This document shows, in pieces, positions 9,294 to 19,690 of a stretch of 64,000 bases of DNA. Source of the DNA: Candidatus Nanoarchaeia archaeon (GTDB taxonomy: Archaea; Nanobdellota; Nanobdellia; Woesearchaeales; GW2011-AR9); contig DATDWB010000028.1 in the NCBI GenBank assembly GCA_035289845.1, positions 4,662-68,661 of the forward strand, given 5' to 3'. The notes under the pieces were generated by a model. That model ran no database searches. It worked only from the letters and a program-made list of their open reading frames with translations, and was not told the DNA's origin. Positions within the stretch are counted from its first letter, which is position 1; every line of letters starts with the position of its first letter. The position numbers and the translations under genes are program-made.

Positions 9294-9338
9294 AAATATT
9301 TAAGTGGGGGGAAGTTAAAAAATAGAGGTAAAAACAAA

Positions 9339-9440
9339 ATGGTTAAGAAGAAAATAGTATCTAAAAAAACGAAAAAAACAAGGAAAAAAAATTCTAAAAA
9401 GAGTGTAAAAAGTAGTAAAAATGTGTGTGATTATTGTTAG
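9339..9440 (+). CDS. Small lysine-rich basic protein (33 aa, MVKKKIVSKKTKKTRKKNSKKSVKSSKNVCDYC)
   Basis: SD AATAGAGGT upstream. Short ORF absent from the track. Compositionally similar to the 3136-3279 protein. Confidence 0.4.
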   Translation: MVKKKIVSKKTKKTRKKNSKKSVKSSKNVCDYC

Positions 9441-9493
9441 AAAGGTTTATTAACTTTTTTTAATATTGTATTTTAATTAAAGAGGTCGAAATA

Positions 9494-10372
9494 GTGGGTA
9501 AACCAGTAATTAAACCAGTACCAAAAATAGACAATATCCTGAAATTAAAACTTCTAGCCAATCAAATTAGGCAGGACATCATTAATTCTCTGGCCGCGGC
9601 TGGTTCAGGACATAGTGCCGGTCCATTAGGGATGGCCGATGTTTTTACGGCATTATATTTTAATATCCTTAAGCATAATCCTAAGTATCATTTTTGGGAA
9701 GGACGTGATAGGATTGTACTGTCAAATGGGCACATCTGTCCAGTGCTCTATGCAGCGATGGCTAATGCGGGTTATTTCCCCAAAAAAGAATTGCAAACAC
9801 TGCGTCATTATGGTACGCGCCTGCAAGGACATCCCCACCGTTCCACATTGCCAGGTTTGGAAACAACATCTGGTCCGTTAGGGTCCGGTTTAAGTCAGGC
9901 TGCAGGAATGGCTTATGCCTTGCAGATGGATAAGAAAAAAAACCGCGTTTTTTGTTTGATGAGCGATGGAGAACAGGAATGCGGACAAACTTGGGAGGCA
10001 GCAATGTTTGCCGGCAAAAACAAATTACAAAATCTCACCGCGTTCATCGACAGAAACAACATTCAAATTGATGGCTATACCGAAGATATTATGCCGCTGG
10101 AACCGTTAGCGGATAAATATCGCGCTTTTAATTGGCACGTCATTGAAATAGATGCCAATAACATCCCAGCGGTTATCAACGCATGCAATGAAGCAGCAAC
10201 AATTCATGAAAAACCGACTTTAATCCTGGCCCATAATATTCCTGGCAAGGGGGTTTCCTTTATGGAAAATGATTATCTGTGGCATGGAAAGCCTCCGACT
10301 GCCGAAGAAGCGAAGGTTGCGTTGGCAGAATTAAAAGCCTGGCGGGAACGAATTATTAAGGATAAGGATTGA
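9494..10372 (+). CDS. tkt: Transketolase, N-terminal (thiamine diphosphate-binding) subunit
   Basis: GHSAGPLGMAD ... SNGH motifs. GTG start with an AGAGGT SD. Split-type transketolase typical of archaea. Confidence 0.9.
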   Translation: MGKPVIKPVPKIDNILKLKLLANQIRQDIINSLAAAGSGHSAGPLGMADVFTALYFNILKHNPKYHFWEGRDRIVLSNGHICPVLYAAMANAGYFPKKELQTLRHYGTRLQGHPHRSTLPGLETTSGPLGSGLSQAAGMAYALQMDKKKNRVFCLMSDGEQECGQTWEAAMFAGKNKLQNLTAFIDRNNIQIDGYTEDIMPLEPLADKYRAFNWHVIEIDANNIPAVINACNEAATIHEKPTLILAHNIPGKGVSFMENDYLWHGKPPTAEEAKVALAELKAWRERIIKDKD

Positions 10373-10404
10373 GGAGTGATTGAAGATTGAAAAGTGATTA
10401 AATA

Positions 10405-11418
10405 ATGAAATCAATAAACAAAAAGGCACATCTGGTAGGGAACTTATATTCCAAAGACATTAAGAAAGTTAAAACGAGGGACGGCTACGGAAAGGGTTTA
10501 GTTAAAGCCGGCGAGAAAAATAAAAATGTTGTTGTCCTCTGCGCGGACTTATCCGAATCGACTCGAAGTGAATGGTTTCAGAAAAAATTTCCCGAACGCT
10601 TTGTTGAAATCGGTGTTGCAGAACAAAATATGGCTTCCTTGGCTTCAGGTATGGCAGCTGCCGGCAAGATAGCTTTTATGTCCTCCTATGCTGCGTTTAG
10701 TCCAGGCAGAAATAATGAACAAATAAGGACCACAATAAGTTATAATTCATGGGGCAGCAAACCAGGAAGGGAAATTAACGTGAAGATCGCCGGTGCTCAT
10801 GCAGGCATTTCTGTTGGCCCCGATGGTGCTACTCATCAAGCGTTGGAAGATGTCGGCTTAATGCGTTTACAGCCAGGCATGGTAGTAATCGTGCCGTGTG
10901 ATGATGTTGAATGCGAAAAAGCAACAATTGCTGCCGCAGAAACGCCCGGTCCATTCTATCTGCGCTTTGGCAGAGCAGATTATCCTTCTATAACTACCGA
11001 AAAAACTCCTTTCAAAGTAGGAAGAATCGAAGAATTTCGTTCCGGAAAAGAGTGTACGATTGTGGCCAATGGTCCATTAGTCTATGAGGCGTTAATTGCG
11101 GCGAAAAAATTGGAAAAAGAAATTGACTGTCAAGTTTTAAATTGTCATACCGTAAAACCAATGGATGGAAAAACACTTCTTGCTGCGGTTAAAGTAACTG
11201 GCTGTGCCGTTACAGCAGAAGAGCATCAATGGCAAGGCGGCTTGGCAGGAGCAGTAGCAGAATTTCTTGGCGAGAATTATCCCGTTCCCATTAAACGAGT
11301 AGGCGTTAAAGATAGATTTGGTGAAAGCGGCAATCCGGATGAGTTATTCAAAGCATTTGGCTTGACTGCGGACGATATTGTAAAAGCGGTAAGAGCGGCC
11401 GTAAGAATGAAAAAATAG
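10405..11418 (+). CDS. tkt: Transketolase, C-terminal (pyrimidine-binding) subunit
   Basis: Pyr and C-terminal transketolase domains. 337 aa. Adjacent to the N-terminal subunit. Confidence 0.9.
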   Translation: MKSINKKAHLVGNLYSKDIKKVKTRDGYGKGLVKAGEKNKNVVVLCADLSESTRSEWFQKKFPERFVEIGVAEQNMASLASGMAAAGKIAFMSSYAAFSPGRNNEQIRTTISYNSWGSKPGREINVKIAGAHAGISVGPDGATHQALEDVGLMRLQPGMVVIVPCDDVECEKATIAAAETPGPFYLRFGRADYPSITTEKTPFKVGRIEEFRSGKECTIVANGPLVYEALIAAKKLEKEIDCQVLNCHTVKPMDGKTLLAAVKVTGCAVTAEEHQWQGGLAGAVAEFLGENYPVPIKRVGVKDRFGESGNPDELFKAFGLTADDIVKAVRAAVRMKK

Positions 11419-11494
11419 AAAAAGCATGGATACGCCCTGAAAAATTTCAACTTTTTTCTTATTTTTGAACTAAAATTTAATAGTTACTAATCCC

Positions 11495-12259
11495 TCAGCC
11501 AAATTCTCCATTCAGATATTCTCGGGTTAATTTATGTTTTGGATGGTTAAATATTTCTGGTGTTGGGGAAAATTCTATTATCTTTCCATCCAGTAAATAG
11601 CAGGTATAATCTGAGATTCGTTTTGCTTGCTGCATATTGTGAGTTACAATTACAACAGTCATTTCATCTTTTAATTTTTGTAGTAATGCTTCTATCTTTA
11701 CGGTAGCAATAGGGTCAAGGGCGGAGCAAGGCTCGTCAAATAATAGTATGTCGGGTTTAACCGCTAAAGCTCTAGCAATGCATAGTCTTTGTTGCTGCCC
11801 CCCAGACAACTTAAATGCAGGAAGATGTAATCTATCTTTGACTTCCTTCCACAGGTCAGCCTTCTCCAAGCTTTGTTGTACTATTTCCCGCAACTGATGC
11901 TTATCTTTTATATTCTGGATTCGCAAGCCGTAGGCAACATTATCAAAAATAGACATGGGGAAAGGATTCGGCTTCTGAAAAACCATTCCTATTTTTTTTC
12001 TGAGTTCAACTACGTCGGTGCTTTGATCATGGATTGGTATCTTGTCGTAATAAGCTCGACCTTCTACTTTACAATTACTGATAAGATCGTTCATCCTGTT
12101 AATGGATCTTAGCAAAGTCGATTTTCCGCAGCCGGAAGGTCCGATCAGCGCAGTAATTTTCCGGGTGGCTATTGCTAGGTTGATATCAAACAATACTTGT
12201 TTGCTTGCATACCAAAGATTGAAATGTTCAAAGTTTATTTTTGTATTTTCTGTACTAAT
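11495..12259 (-). CDS. pstB: Phosphate ABC transporter ATP-binding protein PstB; probable non-canonical ATT start at 12259 (the track calls TTG at 12193)
   Basis: Walker A GPSGCGKST and signature LSGGQQQR. The in-frame upstream extension ISTENTKINFEHFNLWYASKQV aligns with the PstB N-terminal strand. No ATG/GTG/TTG is in frame before a TAA. A GGAGTG SD lies 5 nt upstream of ATT. Confidence 0.8.
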   Translation of the reverse strand: MSTENTKINFEHFNLWYASKQVLFDINLAIATRKITALIGPSGCGKSTLLRSINRMNDLISNCKVEGRAYYDKIPIHDQSTDVVELRKKIGMVFQKPNPFPMSIFDNVAYGLRIQNIKDKHQLREIVQQSLEKADLWKEVKDRLHLPAFKLSGGQQQRLCIARALAVKPDILLFDEPCSALDPIATVKIEALLQKLKDEMTVVIVTHNMQQAKRISDYTCYLLDGKIIEFSPTPEIFNHPKHKLTREYLNGEFG

Positions 12260-12260
12260 T

Positions 12261-13127
12261 TTACCACTCCTTTTTCTTTCTTAATTTATATCTGATGATG
12301 AATACCCCTAGATTAAGGATAAAAGTCAGGCAGATTAATACTAGAGCAGTTCCAAGGGCATACTCTTGAGCATATTGGCTGGAATGCTGGGTAGCCAAAA
12401 TAAAAGTATGATATGGTAAGGCCATAAATTTGTCAAAAGGGGAAGTAGGCAGGTAACTCATGAAAAAAGTTGCACCTACTACAATGATCGGCGCAGTTTC
12501 TCCCATCGCTCGTGATATTCCTAATATTGACCCAGTAAGAATTCCACTCCAGGAATGGGGCAACACATTTCCTTGTATAGTCTGCCATTTTGAAGCTCCC
12601 AGAGCATAACTGCCTTCTCTTAATGAAAGTGGGACGGCTTTTAGCGCTTCTTCACTGGCGGTAATTATCCAGGGCAAAGTCATAACTCCTAAAGTTAATG
12701 AGGCTGCTGCCAGCGAAGTTCCTAACCGCAGAAACAATACAAAAAATGATAATCCAAATAATCCATAAATTATGGAAGGAATGCCGGCTAGATTTCTGAT
12801 GGCCAGTTTAATTGATCTGGTAAATAAATTATCTTTGGCATATTCATTAAGATAAATAGCTGCACCTATACCAATAGGGATAGAAGCCATGGCTACTCCT
12901 ATTCCCAGAAAGACCGATCCAAGTATTGCAGGAAAGATTCCTCCTTGTCGGATATCACTGTGCGACCACATTTTAGTCAGGTAATTTATATTAATCACTT
13001 CTGCCCCCCCCATAAAAACAAAAATAAATACTAAAATCAGCACTGCCACAGAAAAAAATGCAGCTACCCTGATAATCATGAACACAATCTTTTGTTTATT
13101 GTTTTCACTGATCATATTTTTTACCAT
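12261..13127 (-). CDS. pstA: Phosphate ABC transporter permease PstA
   Basis: Six TM helices with the EAA-like permease motif. Operon position. Confidence 0.88.
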   Translation of the reverse strand: MVKNMISENNKQKIVFMIIRVAAFFSVAVLILVFIFVFMGGAEVININYLTKMWSHSDIRQGGIFPAILGSVFLGIGVAMASIPIGIGAAIYLNEYAKDNLFTRSIKLAIRNLAGIPSIIYGLFGLSFFVLFLRLGTSLAAASLTLGVMTLPWIITASEEALKAVPLSLREGSYALGASKWQTIQGNVLPHSWSGILTGSILGISRAMGETAPIIVVGATFFMSYLPTSPFDKFMALPYHTFILATQHSSQYAQEYALGTALVLICLTFILNLGVFIIRYKLRKKKEW

Positions 13128-14017
13128 TGATATTTCCGCACTTGTTTTTGAATAATTAAATCTGAAATAAAGTTGATTACAAAGGTTAATGCAAACAATA
13201 CTAAACCCATGGCAAATAAAGTTTGATAGTGTAAGCTATCTTTCACCACTTCTTTAATTTCTATAGCAATATTAGCAGTAATTGGCCTGATCGGATCAAA
13301 AAAAGAAGTGGGCATGGCTCGGGAGTTGCCGGCTACCATCAAAACGACCATCGTTTCTCCGATAGCTCTCCCCAATCCTAACAACACTGCAGCAGAAAGT
13401 CCAGAAAGTCCCGCGGGAAGTAAAGTCATACGGATCATCTGCCATTTTGTTGCTCCTAAGGCTAAGCCGGCTTCTCTAAATTCTTTGGGCAGTGACCGCA
13501 AAACATCTTCAGAAATACTAACTATGGTCGGTAAAACCATAATCCCCACTATAATCGAGGAAGTAAGAGCATTAAGACCAGAACTAAGGTTGAAGAGATC
13601 AGCAATTGCCGGAGCAAGAAATAAAATTCCTAATAGTCCCAGTACTACAGAAGGAATTCCGGCAATCATTTCAATAATCGGTTTTACTATCTCTCGTACG
13701 TTGGGCCTGGCTATTTCTGACAAATAAATTGCGGCCGCTATTCCTAAAGGAATTGCTATTACTAAGGAACCAAGAGTTATCATTGCGGTTGAAACTAGTA
13801 ATCCTAGAATGCCCCATTGTGGCTCTTGATAAGCAGTTGGATTCCAATCTCTTCCAGTAAAAAAATCTCCTGCTGAAACTTGAGTAAAAGATTTTATTCC
13901 AGTAGTAAAAAGAAAAAGAAAAATCCCAATTAGGGTGAGTAAAGCAATTGCACCAGTTGCAGAAAAAATAAATTTGATTACCTTTTCTTTTAGGTTTTTA
14001 CAACTACCACTACCCAT
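13121..14017 (-). CDS. pstC: Phosphate ABC transporter permease PstC
   Basis: Permease homologous to PstA. Overlaps pstA by 7 nt. Confidence 0.88.
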   Translation of the reverse strand: MGSGSCKNLKEKVIKFIFSATGAIALLTLIGIFLFLFTTGIKSFTQVSAGDFFTGRDWNPTAYQEPQWGILGLLVSTAMITLGSLVIAIPLGIAAAIYLSEIARPNVREIVKPIIEMIAGIPSVVLGLLGILFLAPAIADLFNLSSGLNALTSSIIVGIMVLPTIVSISEDVLRSLPKEFREAGLALGATKWQMIRMTLLPAGLSGLSAAVLLGLGRAIGETMVVLMVAGNSRAMPTSFFDPIRPITANIAIEIKEVVKDSLHYQTLFAMGLVLFALTFVINFISDLIIQKQVRKYQW

Positions 14018-14020
14018 TTC

Positions 14021-14950
14021 TTAACCTAACTGCTCTTCATTGAGCTTCTTTTCAGTTAAAGTAAGGGGCAGGAATCCAGATTTAGTAACTATTTCTTGAC
14101 CTTTTTCACTTAACTCAAAGCGAAGGAAGTTGTAAAGAGTAGAGCCTTGTTCCGGTTTTTTGGCAAAATATTGGTATAATAATCGGGAGATGGGATATTC
14201 TGCTTGGCTGGAATAATCAAGGGGTGAGAGATATTCTGAGTTTTGGTCTCTGGCCACTTTGATGACTTTTAGGCCGTTGATTACTTTACCATCGTCATCA
14301 ACTACATATCCTAATCCATCATACCCAATACCATTTTTATCTTGCTTAACTGCTTCCACTATAGCCTGGCTGCCTTCCAAATTTCTCATATTTTGAGAGT
14401 AATCCCCTTTTACTACGTCTTCCATAAAGAAGACATAAGTTCCGGAAGTGCTTTGCCGTCCGTAGAGGGTAATCTCTTGATTATTACCCCCAACTTCTTT
14501 CCAGTTAGTTGTTTCTCCCTTGAAAATACTGCTAATCTGCTCCAAAGTTAATTCTGAGAGTGGATTATCCTTATTTACTACTACTGATAACATATCTCTC
14601 GCAATTATTAATTCAGAAGGATTTATCCCTCTTTCCTTAGCTTGGGTTATTTCCTTTTCTTTCATGGCACGGGAAGAATCGGCAATATCGGCTTCTCCAT
14701 TAATTAAAGCAGCAATCCCGGTCCCTGAACCACCACCAGTAACCGTCATTCTTACCTGAGGGTCTTGTTGAGAATATTCTTCCGCTAAAGCGGAAACTAA
14801 CTGTACCAGTGTATCCGATCCTTTAATCTCTAAACTATCTCTGTTTTTTACTGTTTCTCCTATCGCTCCTCCGGTAAGTTCTTGCGGAGTGGAACATCCA
14901 GCAATAAAAATAATTAAGCCTAATATCAAAGCTAAAACATATCTTTTCAT
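14021..14950 (-). CDS. pstS: Phosphate-binding protein PstS (lipoprotein)
   Basis: Start preferred at MKRYVLALILGLIIFIAGCS (ATG 14950, SD AGAGGTG 7 nt upstream). The track extends to 14974. Lipobox IAGC. PBP-like fold with TGGGSGTG. Confidence 0.85.
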   Translation of the reverse strand: MKRYVLALILGLIIFIAGCSTPQELTGGAIGETVKNRDSLEIKGSDTLVQLVSALAEEYSQQDPQVRMTVTGGGSGTGIAALINGEADIADSSRAMKEKEITQAKERGINPSELIIARDMLSVVVNKDNPLSELTLEQISSIFKGETTNWKEVGGNNQEITLYGRQSTSGTYVFFMEDVVKGDYSQNMRNLEGSQAIVEAVKQDKNGIGYDGLGYVVDDDGKVINGLKVIKVARDQNSEYLSPLDYSSQAEYPISRLLYQYFAKKPEQGSTLYNFLRFELSEKGQEIVTKSGFLPLTLTEKKLNEEQLG

Positions 14951-15070
14951 GATAGCACCTCTTCTTAAAATCATTTTAATTGGATAAGGTTAGGATAATT
15001 TATATAAATGACCTATAAATACTATGTAGTTAGTGCAATAATTTATATAGTTAAGGTATAGGCTTATATT

Positions 15071-16024
15071 GTGCATAAACGAAAAATACAATTAATTGCT
15101 GGTGCTACCTATTCCGTCTCTTTACCCAAGGAATGGGTCAAGAAAAATAATCTTAAAGAGAAAGAAGAAATTTTACTTTATGAGAGGAATGATAGGACTC
15201 TAGTTATCTCTCCTTACTCTATTAAGGAAAGTAAGCCTAATGATATTTCTTTAAATGTTGATGATTATGCCCCCACTATCGATCAGGTTTTATTTGCTAT
15301 TTATTATATCGGGATAGAAAATATTACGTTGTTCTCCATGAAAGAGCTATCTAAAGAAGTGAAAGCTAAAATTAGGAAAACATTGTCTAATATGAGCGGC
15401 ACGGAAATAATCCAGGAGGACCAACAGAAAATCATCATCAAGGTTCTAATAGATAAATCAAAGCTGGATATTTTTCAAATAGTTTATAGGATTGGGCTGA
15501 TTCTAGATCTATCTATTTCTAATATCATTGGTCAATTTAATCTAAGTGAAATAAAGATGAATGAAACAGAAATCGATAGACTATATCATTTAATCGCAAA
15601 AATAGTCTCTTTGTCTCTGATCGATTCAAATATTCTTCACTCTTCTAATATTAAAAACGTATCTTTTATTCCATCTTATTTTCTGATAGGTAAAAGACTG
15701 GAAAATATCGCTGACAATATAAATAATCTTTCAGAATATTTATATGATAAAAAAATAAGCTTTAAACATATGGAAATATTACAAATTATAAGAGCTGAAC
15801 TTAATCGAACAATGGCTTATTTTATGCGTATCCCGGGTAGTTTTGATATCTTTAATAAAATGGATGAACAAAACTTACATCAGATGAGAATACTTCTTTC
15901 TACAATAAAAGATACTGCTATCCGTAATTACATCGGTGATATAGCTAGATTTACTTTGGATGTGCAGGAAGAAATGATCAATATTTCATTTTATAATCAA
16001 CTGATTCAGAATAAAATATTGTGA
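15071..16024 (+). CDS. phoU: Archaeal phosphate uptake regulator: N-terminal AbrB/SpoVT swapped-hairpin domain fused to PhoU-like repeats
   Basis: N-terminus IQLIAGATYSVSLPKEWVKK...ILLYERNDRTLVISP is an AbrB-type domain. A 317-aa helical remainder. Divergent from pstSCAB. GTG start. Confidence 0.6.
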   Translation: MHKRKIQLIAGATYSVSLPKEWVKKNNLKEKEEILLYERNDRTLVISPYSIKESKPNDISLNVDDYAPTIDQVLFAIYYIGIENITLFSMKELSKEVKAKIRKTLSNMSGTEIIQEDQQKIIIKVLIDKSKLDIFQIVYRIGLILDLSISNIIGQFNLSEIKMNETEIDRLYHLIAKIVSLSLIDSNILHSSNIKNVSFIPSYFLIGKRLENIADNINNLSEYLYDKKISFKHMEILQIIRAELNRTMAYFMRIPGSFDIFNKMDEQNLHQMRILLSTIKDTAIRNYIGDIARFTLDVQEEMINISFYNQLIQNKIL

Positions 16025-16178
16025 GCCTGTTTACTAATACCTCTTCTATTTCTATCCCTTAAGGCTTTTAAAATATATTATCTGCCTTTCCCTTTTCAGT
16101 GCGTCTTTCTTTGTTCTGAACGTACCAAGAACTTTTTGTCCATCTTTGCTGTACAACACCCATTTATATCCTTCTTTT

Positions 16179-17609
16179 TTAAGTACCATTCTCTGCTCCA
16201 ACATTTAATGCCGCTCTGTGCACTACTTCGTTGAGAGCAGGGTGGATATGAATAGTGTTTTGCAATATTGACAAAGCTTTTCTTTTATTAGCTTTCATGG
16301 CCACCACAACTTCATGCAAAGCAATTGAAGCTTCCGGTCCAATGATGTGAAAACCTAGAATTTCTTTAGTTTTCTTATCCACAATAAACTTGGCAAAACC
16401 ATCCTTCTCTTCCATAGCTGCTCCCATGCCAGTATTTTTATAATAGTATTTGCCAACAGCATAATTTTTCCTAGCCTGACGGGCTTCCTGTTCAGTTAGG
16501 CCCACTCCAGCAACTTGAGGTGAAGTGAAAATAGCATGGGGCATGGGATAATAATCTACTTTGATTTTTTTAGATTTAAGTACATTATGGGCAACTACTT
16601 CTGCTTGCAAGTTAGCGGCATGCTTAAATAAATAAACTCCGGTAATGTCTCCCAACACCCAGATGTTCTTAACACCGGTTTCCATAAATTTGTTATGTTC
16701 TATAAATCCATACTTAGTAGTTTTAATTCCTATCTTTTCTACCTTAAGTAAGTCGCTATTGGGCTTTATCCCAGCAGCAATTAATATTTTTTCGGCACTG
16801 ACATTTTTTGAAGATGAACCCTGCTGGAAATAAACTTTAATCTTGGCACCTATTTTTTCTACCTTGCGGACTTCAGCGTTAGTTATTAAGTGGTATCTTT
16901 TTTTCCAAAGTTGGGTAAATAAAGAAGCTATTTCTTCATCTTCCCGAGGAATTAGGTTTGAGGCCCGCTGGATTATTGTTATTTTACAGCCCATTGAAGC
17001 ATAGAAGTAACCTAGTTCTACTCCAATATAACCTCCGCCAATAATAATCATGCTTTTAGGAAGCTTTGTTTGGCGTAAGGCTTCAGCGCTAGTTAAGTAG
17101 GGTACTTTTTCTAAACCTTTGATTGGCGGGATTAAAGGACGGGCTCCGGCAGCGATAACTATTTTTCTTCCTTGAATTCGCTCTCCATTTACTTCTAAGG
17201 TATTTTTAGTTACAAACACCGCCTTGCCCCTGAATAAAGTTTGGTTTTGCGTTGCGCGAACGCCGGTTTCAATTTCTCGCGAATCGGCATCTACTAATTT
17301 ATTAGCCCGGCCGGTGACCGCAGGAAAATTTATTTGATTAATTTTAGATTTAATCCCAAACAACTTAGAGCTGCGGATGATATCCGCAACTTCAGCGGTA
17401 TGGATTATCATTTTAGAAGGTATGCAGCCGCGGTTAAGGCAGGTACCGCCAAGAGGCCCTTTTTCGACAATGGCAACTTTCAATCCTCTATTGACCGCAG
17501 CAACAGCCACATCCAGCCCGGATCCGGAACCAACGACTATGAGGTCAAAAATTTTCATAAGTGAAACAAATAGTTGAAATATAAAAAAGTTGTTGTTAGG
17601 TTGATTCAA
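16179..17609 (-). CDS. lpd: Class I pyridine nucleotide-disulfide oxidoreductase (dihydrolipoamide dehydrogenase-like)
   Basis: FAD-binding GSGSGLDVA. Redox-active disulfide GGTCLNRGCIPSK. C-terminal dimerisation domain. True start possibly at internal MKIFDL (ATG 17558). Confidence 0.8.
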   Translation of the reverse strand: MNQPNNNFFIFQLFVSLMKIFDLIVVGSGSGLDVAVAAVNRGLKVAIVEKGPLGGTCLNRGCIPSKMIIHTAEVADIIRSSKLFGIKSKINQINFPAVTGRANKLVDADSREIETGVRATQNQTLFRGKAVFVTKNTLEVNGERIQGRKIVIAAGARPLIPPIKGLEKVPYLTSAEALRQTKLPKSMIIIGGGYIGVELGYFYASMGCKITIIQRASNLIPREDEEIASLFTQLWKKRYHLITNAEVRKVEKIGAKIKVYFQQGSSSKNVSAEKILIAAGIKPNSDLLKVEKIGIKTTKYGFIEHNKFMETGVKNIWVLGDITGVYLFKHAANLQAEVVAHNVLKSKKIKVDYYPMPHAIFTSPQVAGVGLTEQEARQARKNYAVGKYYYKNTGMGAAMEEKDGFAKFIVDKKTKEILGFHIIGPEASIALHEVVVAMKANKRKALSILQNTIHIHPALNEVVHRAALNVGAENGT

Positions 17610-18475
17610 ATTGCGGTTAAATTAATTATATTAGTGCTCAAAACCCGAAAAATTGTACCCGCCTTAAAATATTTAATGTCGGAACAGTTAGGGTCAATAG
17701 GATAAAAGTTCAATCCTTCCCATATTTTGTGTTCAATGCTTTCAGCTAATTCTATTTTAGGCTGTAAATCAGGGTTTATTCGGCCAATAAATTTCAATAA
17801 GTGATCAAATTTAGATACATGACTCTGGGATATTTTTTCTAGGGAAGAATAGCATTCAACAATATTAATTAATAGAGGAGTCAAATGTTCATCCGTATTA
17901 TGTTCAAGATCGAAGGTCAATTCATTTTTGCATCCTGGAAGAGATTTAGCTAATAAATTCCAAACTAAATAATCCTCGGCTAACTGGTCAGAGGTAATTT
18001 TATCTGAGAATTGGCTTTTATTAGCAATAGTGCTGATTACCCGTTGGTAGGAAGCAATGGAAGAAAGATTTAGGTGCTCAATTAGGTCAGAACTCATATC
18101 TAAATCCAGTCTTTTTCCAAAACCACGGAGATATTCTCTTCTTTTGCCAATATCACTAAGCAAACGATTTTCAACTGTTCTTTCATAATCTTGACGGGTT
18201 GTTTCCTTAAGTAAATCCTCTTTATCCAAAGTAGTGGCAATATTATAAACGGTGGTAAGCTGTCCAATTAAGGGCGGACCTCGCTGCAAGGAGGATAAAG
18301 GAAGAAAAAAGTTGTTGGGGTAATTGTTGAATATCAACTCGGCATTCAGCGGCCGAAATTTATCTTCGCCTAAATGATTTAGATCTCCTTTAGATATCCC
18401 CAATTTAAGTCTATCACTTACATCCAATAAAAAAATATACTTATCTCTGCCTAAATCGTCCCAAACCAATTCCAA
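17606..18475 (-). CDS. Hypothetical protein (289 aa)
   Basis: Long ORF consistent with its neighbours. No recognisable motif. Confidence 0.4.
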   Translation of the reverse strand: MELVWDDLGRDKYIFLLDVSDRLKLGISKGDLNHLGEDKFRPLNAELIFNNYPNNFFLPLSSLQRGPPLIGQLTTVYNIATTLDKEDLLKETTRQDYERTVENRLLSDIGKRREYLRGFGKRLDLDMSSDLIEHLNLSSIASYQRVISTIANKSQFSDKITSDQLAEDYLVWNLLAKSLPGCKNELTFDLEHNTDEHLTPLLINIVECYSSLEKISQSHVSKFDHLLKFIGRINPDLQPKIELAESIEHKIWEGLNFYPIDPNCSDIKYFKAGTIFRVLSTNIINLTAI

Positions 18476-18640
18476 TTTTGGACGTCCATCCGGTATATAA
18501 ATTGTGGTAATAATTAGGCTTTGAATATGAACTGTTATTTAATAGTTGTTTACGGCGGTATAAGGTTATTATTTTTGGTCTTATGGACTCCTACAGCGTA
18601 GTAACTAACCTTTAAAAAATACTTCTACTTTATAAAAAAG

Positions 18641-19621
18641 GTGGCTAAGATATTTGTAACCCGAAAAATACCGGAAGCGGGATTAAAATTACTGGCTAAA
18701 AATAATACTCTTAAAATTTACCCCGCTGATAAAGCAATCCCTAGAAAAGATTTGCTAGCCGGAGTTAAATGGTGTGACGCGCTTCTATGTCTGCTTACTG
18801 ATAAGATTGATAGTCAAGTAATTAAGGCCAACCCCCACCTTAAGATAATTTCTAATTATGCAGTCGGATTCAACAACATTGATGTTAAATCAGCCACTGC
18901 CAAAGGAATACCAATAGCCAATACTCCCGGGCCAGAGATTGTGGATGCAGTGGCAGAACATACTTTTGCCTTGATGCTGTCAATCAGCAAACGAGTGGTA
19001 GAAGGAGACCATTTTATCAGGAGGGGAAAGTATAAAGGCTGGGAACCGATGCTGCTGCTGGGTCAGCAAATTAAAGGTAAAATTCTAGGGATAGTAGGTT
19101 TAGGCCGAATCGGAGCGGGAGTAGCTGAAAGGGCGGGTAAAGGTCTGGGTATGAATATTTGGTATTATGATGTTATCCGAAATAAACAATTTGAACGTAA
19201 ATATAAAGCTAAATTTGTTTCTCTGCCAACCTTACTAAAGCAGGCTGATATTGTAACTGTACACGTTCCATTAATTAAGGAAACCAAACATCTTATTGGA
19301 ATTAAGGAATTTAGCCTGATGAAAAAGACAGCCTTCTTAATCAACACTTCCCGTGGACCAGTGGTGGATGAGATAGCTTTAGTTAAAGCATTGAAAGCTA
19401 AAAAACTTGCAGGTGCAGCTTTAGATGTGTTTGAGTTTGAACCTAAATTAGCACCAGGATTAATCAAGCTTAAGAATGTAATTTTAACCCCACATACAGC
19501 ATCAGCTACGGTTGAAGCTAGAGAGGAGATGTCTGTCTCAGCCGCAAAAAATATTCTGGCAGTGCTACGGGGTATGAAACCAACTAATCTAGTAAATCCG
19601 GAAATTTATGACCAGAAATGA
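18641..19621 (+). CDS. D-isomer-specific 2-hydroxyacid dehydrogenase (glyoxylate/hydroxypyruvate reductase family)
   Basis: NAD-binding GIVGLGRIGAGVA. Catalytic R/E/H triad region. GTG start with an AAGGTG SD. Confidence 0.82.
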   Translation: MAKIFVTRKIPEAGLKLLAKNNTLKIYPADKAIPRKDLLAGVKWCDALLCLLTDKIDSQVIKANPHLKIISNYAVGFNNIDVKSATAKGIPIANTPGPEIVDAVAEHTFALMLSISKRVVEGDHFIRRGKYKGWEPMLLLGQQIKGKILGIVGLGRIGAGVAERAGKGLGMNIWYYDVIRNKQFERKYKAKFVSLPTLLKQADIVTVHVPLIKETKHLIGIKEFSLMKKTAFLINTSRGPVVDEIALVKALKAKKLAGAALDVFEFEPKLAPGLIKLKNVILTPHTASATVEAREEMSVSAAKNILAVLRGMKPTNLVNPEIYDQK

Positions 19622-19690
19622 TGGTTTTTTGGTTCAATAAGTTATTAAATTTAACAATTTTATTGGGTCTTTATAGCATAGATATTGGTT

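Noticed and set aside
13308-13727. 139-aa plus-strand ORF inside pstC
   Set aside because: Antisense shadow ORF of a well-supported permease gene.
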